From Nitrosopumilaceae archaeon (lineage in GTDB: Archaea; Thermoproteota; Nitrososphaeria; Nitrososphaerales; Nitrosopumilaceae): 64,000 bases of DNA. The notes under the pieces were generated by a model. That model ran no database searches, was not told the DNA's origin, and saw only the letters and a program-made list of their open reading frames with translations. Positions within the stretch are counted from its first letter, which is position 1. Each line of letters opens with the position of its first letter. A program made the position numbers and the translations under genes. Of the stretch, positions 62,050 to 64,000 are shown in pieces. The stretch is taken from the NCBI GenBank assembly GCA_965207375.1, contig OZ242274.1:2048001-2112000 (forward strand). Direction: 5' to 3'.

Positions 62050-62669
62050 TACAATCTCCACAGTTTTGGTCTTACAAACCTTAATTTTCTTTGGGTGATT
62101 AATATGTGCCAGTTGACTGAGGCAAATAGAATTACCACGCCAATTCCTACAGCATCTGCAACCAAAATGCCAACATAACGGTCCTCAAACAACTCTATAA
62201 AGGGAGTCAGAACGATATCACTAATTGAAATCATGACATAATAGGACAAAACTCTGCCAAACCAGAATCCGACATACAACCCGATGCTTTTTGCACGCAT
62301 CAGACCATACGCTACAAAAAGCATGTTGCTTGGAAGCGGGGTTGCTGCAAAAAGAAACGATGCCAAAACATATCCGTATCGTTTACGGTTAAGATATTGG
62401 CCTATTGTATTGAGATTTGATTTTTGTTCAGAGCCTACAAATTTTCTAAAAAATCCACTTAGGTGTTTTAAAATAAATCGCCCCACAGTTGCTCCCGTAG
62501 CACCCACAACAGCTAAGAGTACAGGATCCAATGTGGGATCAATTGCATAAAATGATGATAAAATTATCCACGTTGGTGGCATCAGCAATGGCGCTGCATT
62601 GACCCCGATCAATGCAAGAAATATTCCAAAATACGAATACTCTGATAATATCTCAAAAAAATCAGCCAT
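62049..62669 (-). CDS. DedA/VTT-like membrane protein
   Basis: PLLMPP, AATPLPS; paralogous pattern to 27219-27863. Confidence 0.75.
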   Translation of the reverse strand: MADFFEILSEYSYFGIFLALIGVNAAPLLMPPTWIILSSFYAIDPTLDPVLLAVVGATGATVGRFILKHLSGFFRKFVGSEQKSNLNTIGQYLNRKRYGYVLASFLFAATPLPSNMLFVAYGLMRAKSIGLYVGFWFGRVLSYYVMISISDIVLTPFIELFEDRYVGILVADAVGIGVVILFASVNWHILITQRKLRFVRPKLWRL

Positions 62670-62984
62670 GATATTAGTGAATGTATCGTACTCTAAATGG
62701 TTACTAGTCAGATGGCCATAAAGAATTATACAAAAGGCTGTTTATTTTTGTAATTTTTTTAATTTTATTTCAAAGATGAGGAACTCTATTAGAAAAAAAG
62801 ATCAATCATCCAATATATTTATATTCAAAAATAATAGTAATTAGTCGTGACAGATACAGCTTGGAAATGTTTTAGGTGCAATCTTTTGTTCAAAGAAGAA
62901 GAACATGCAAAAATGCACGAAGAGATATCCAATCATGCAGTAACTAAAAAAATCTAGTAACACGAGTAATTTTTGAATAATTAA

Positions 62985-63085
62985 TGCAGGAGGTGGGATT
63001 CGAACCCACGAACTCCTAAGAGAAGGGATTTCCCATATTGGGGATCTTGAGTCCCTCTCGGTTGACCGGGCTTCGATACCCCTGC
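62985..63085 (-). tRNA. tRNA-Leu(CAA) with a 16-nt intron at 37/38 (63030-63045)
   Basis: GCAGGGG...CTCCTGCA acceptor stem; AGGGA-CTCAAG^A-TCCCT anticodon arm; long variable arm. Confidence 0.93.
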
Positions 63086-63125
63086 AACGATAATTTCTCA
63101 AACCCCGTATTTGTGAATTGCTAAT

Positions 63126-64000
63126 CAGCTAAGCGAAATGTGGCCCCAATCCTACCATGGCGGCGGCTTGGACTGACGTATCGCCTCAAAATCCATTTGT
63201 ACTTTGAAAACTAGCATGGTCATAATACTCTGACTTGCTGTATCATCACAAAGAATAGCCCTGAGAATTATCCACTCGTTGTACAGTATCAGCGAATAAT
63301 AAAAACACAGCATTCTTGATACATTATCTTTGATTCGTGTCTTGGCCCTGCATTGTTTCATCTTGCCGTATCCTGATTCTATTCCCCACCTACTTGCATA
63401 TTCTGTAACATCGACAGTATCACAGTTGGTTGCAAAGCCAATGTATTTTTCCTCGGCAACATCAGTATCCTTTGATCCCTTTCTTCTTTCTACTATCATT
63501 GTATACGGTACAGAATGATAGTCGTTTTGTAGGGTGCACTCTGATGTTACATCACGTTTTTTACGACTAAACTCGTCTAGTGCAGATTTTACATTTGGTG
63601 TATTTCTGCAAGGTATCAAAAAGGATACGTCGTTTTGAATCAGCATTTGTATTGTATCCACTGATAAAAACTCACGATCACACAATGCCAAACGAACTTT
63701 TACCCCCAAATCCGACAGTGTTTTGAGCAGAAAATTCACCGATTTAGGCACGGAATCTAGGCATTTTGAGATGCATTGCAGCTAGAACGACTCTCATTGT
63801 ATCATCCACACAGTGAACCGTTATGTAACGCTCAAAGTATGTCGTGCCGTTTTTGTATTTGGAACGAGTCAGCTCCTCCCCATGTGTTCTATCATAACGG
63901 CATATGAGGTGTAGGTCCATTGCAACTGTAAGCCCCTTCTTTGGAATCTTTCCCATTTTTTTGAGAATCTTAACCTGTCTTGCTATCTGTAATTGGAAAA
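63126..64000 (-). mobile_element. ISH3/IS4-like insertion sequence (runs off the window)
   Basis: Terminal IR CAGCTAAGCGAAATGTG shared with 32089 and 33244. Confidence 0.85.
63152..64000 (-). pseudogene. ISH3-like DDE transposase, frameshift near 63765
   Basis: AMDLH, LCDREF, YASRWGIESGY; an extra A in CTCAAAATGC separates the two ORFs. Confidence 0.8.

Noticed and set aside
62841-63101. 86-aa ORF
   Set aside because: Overlaps tRNA-Leu.
1-64000. CRISPR array, rRNA, provirus or reverse transcriptase
   Set aside because: No regularly spaced repeat-spacer array, rRNA-like tract, capsid/integrase or RT motifs were seen.

Overview
Archaeal chromosome segment, very probably Nitrosopumilaceae (Thaumarchaeota/Nitrososphaeria). 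The call rests on TBP, TFB, aIF-1A, rps8e-srp19-gar1, an intron-containing tRNA-Leu and a Nitrosopumilus-type S-layer gene. The load of IS, MITE and toxin-antitoxin (TA) elements suggests a host-associated lineage (inference). Housekeeping blocks (map, aspS, ilvBN-leuA-leuB, scpAB, sufC, siroheme/heme genes) alternate with accessory patches. Main observations: (1) an unannotated 17-codon Ile/Leu/Val-rich leader ORF with hairpins between the TATA box and the ilvB-ilvN-leuA-leuB operon, a candidate ribosome-coupled attenuator in an archaeon; (2) a 2763-aa S-layer protein with an inserted block of two periplasmic-binding-protein-like domains and four Ig-like repeats, followed by two very basic YYQKNKEK-repeat proteins; (3) a 1.76-kb MITE-bounded unit with 12-bp terminal inverted repeats (TIRs) and an 8-bp target duplication carrying two hicBA modules; (4) an IS110 whose left end folds like a bridge RNA with loops matching its own ends; (5) a secreted P-domain/trypsin-like protease cleanly split by an IS630; (6) a small defence islet, with degenerate direct repeats around its TA pair. 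All assignments come from reading the sequence by eye; no database search or folding program was run.
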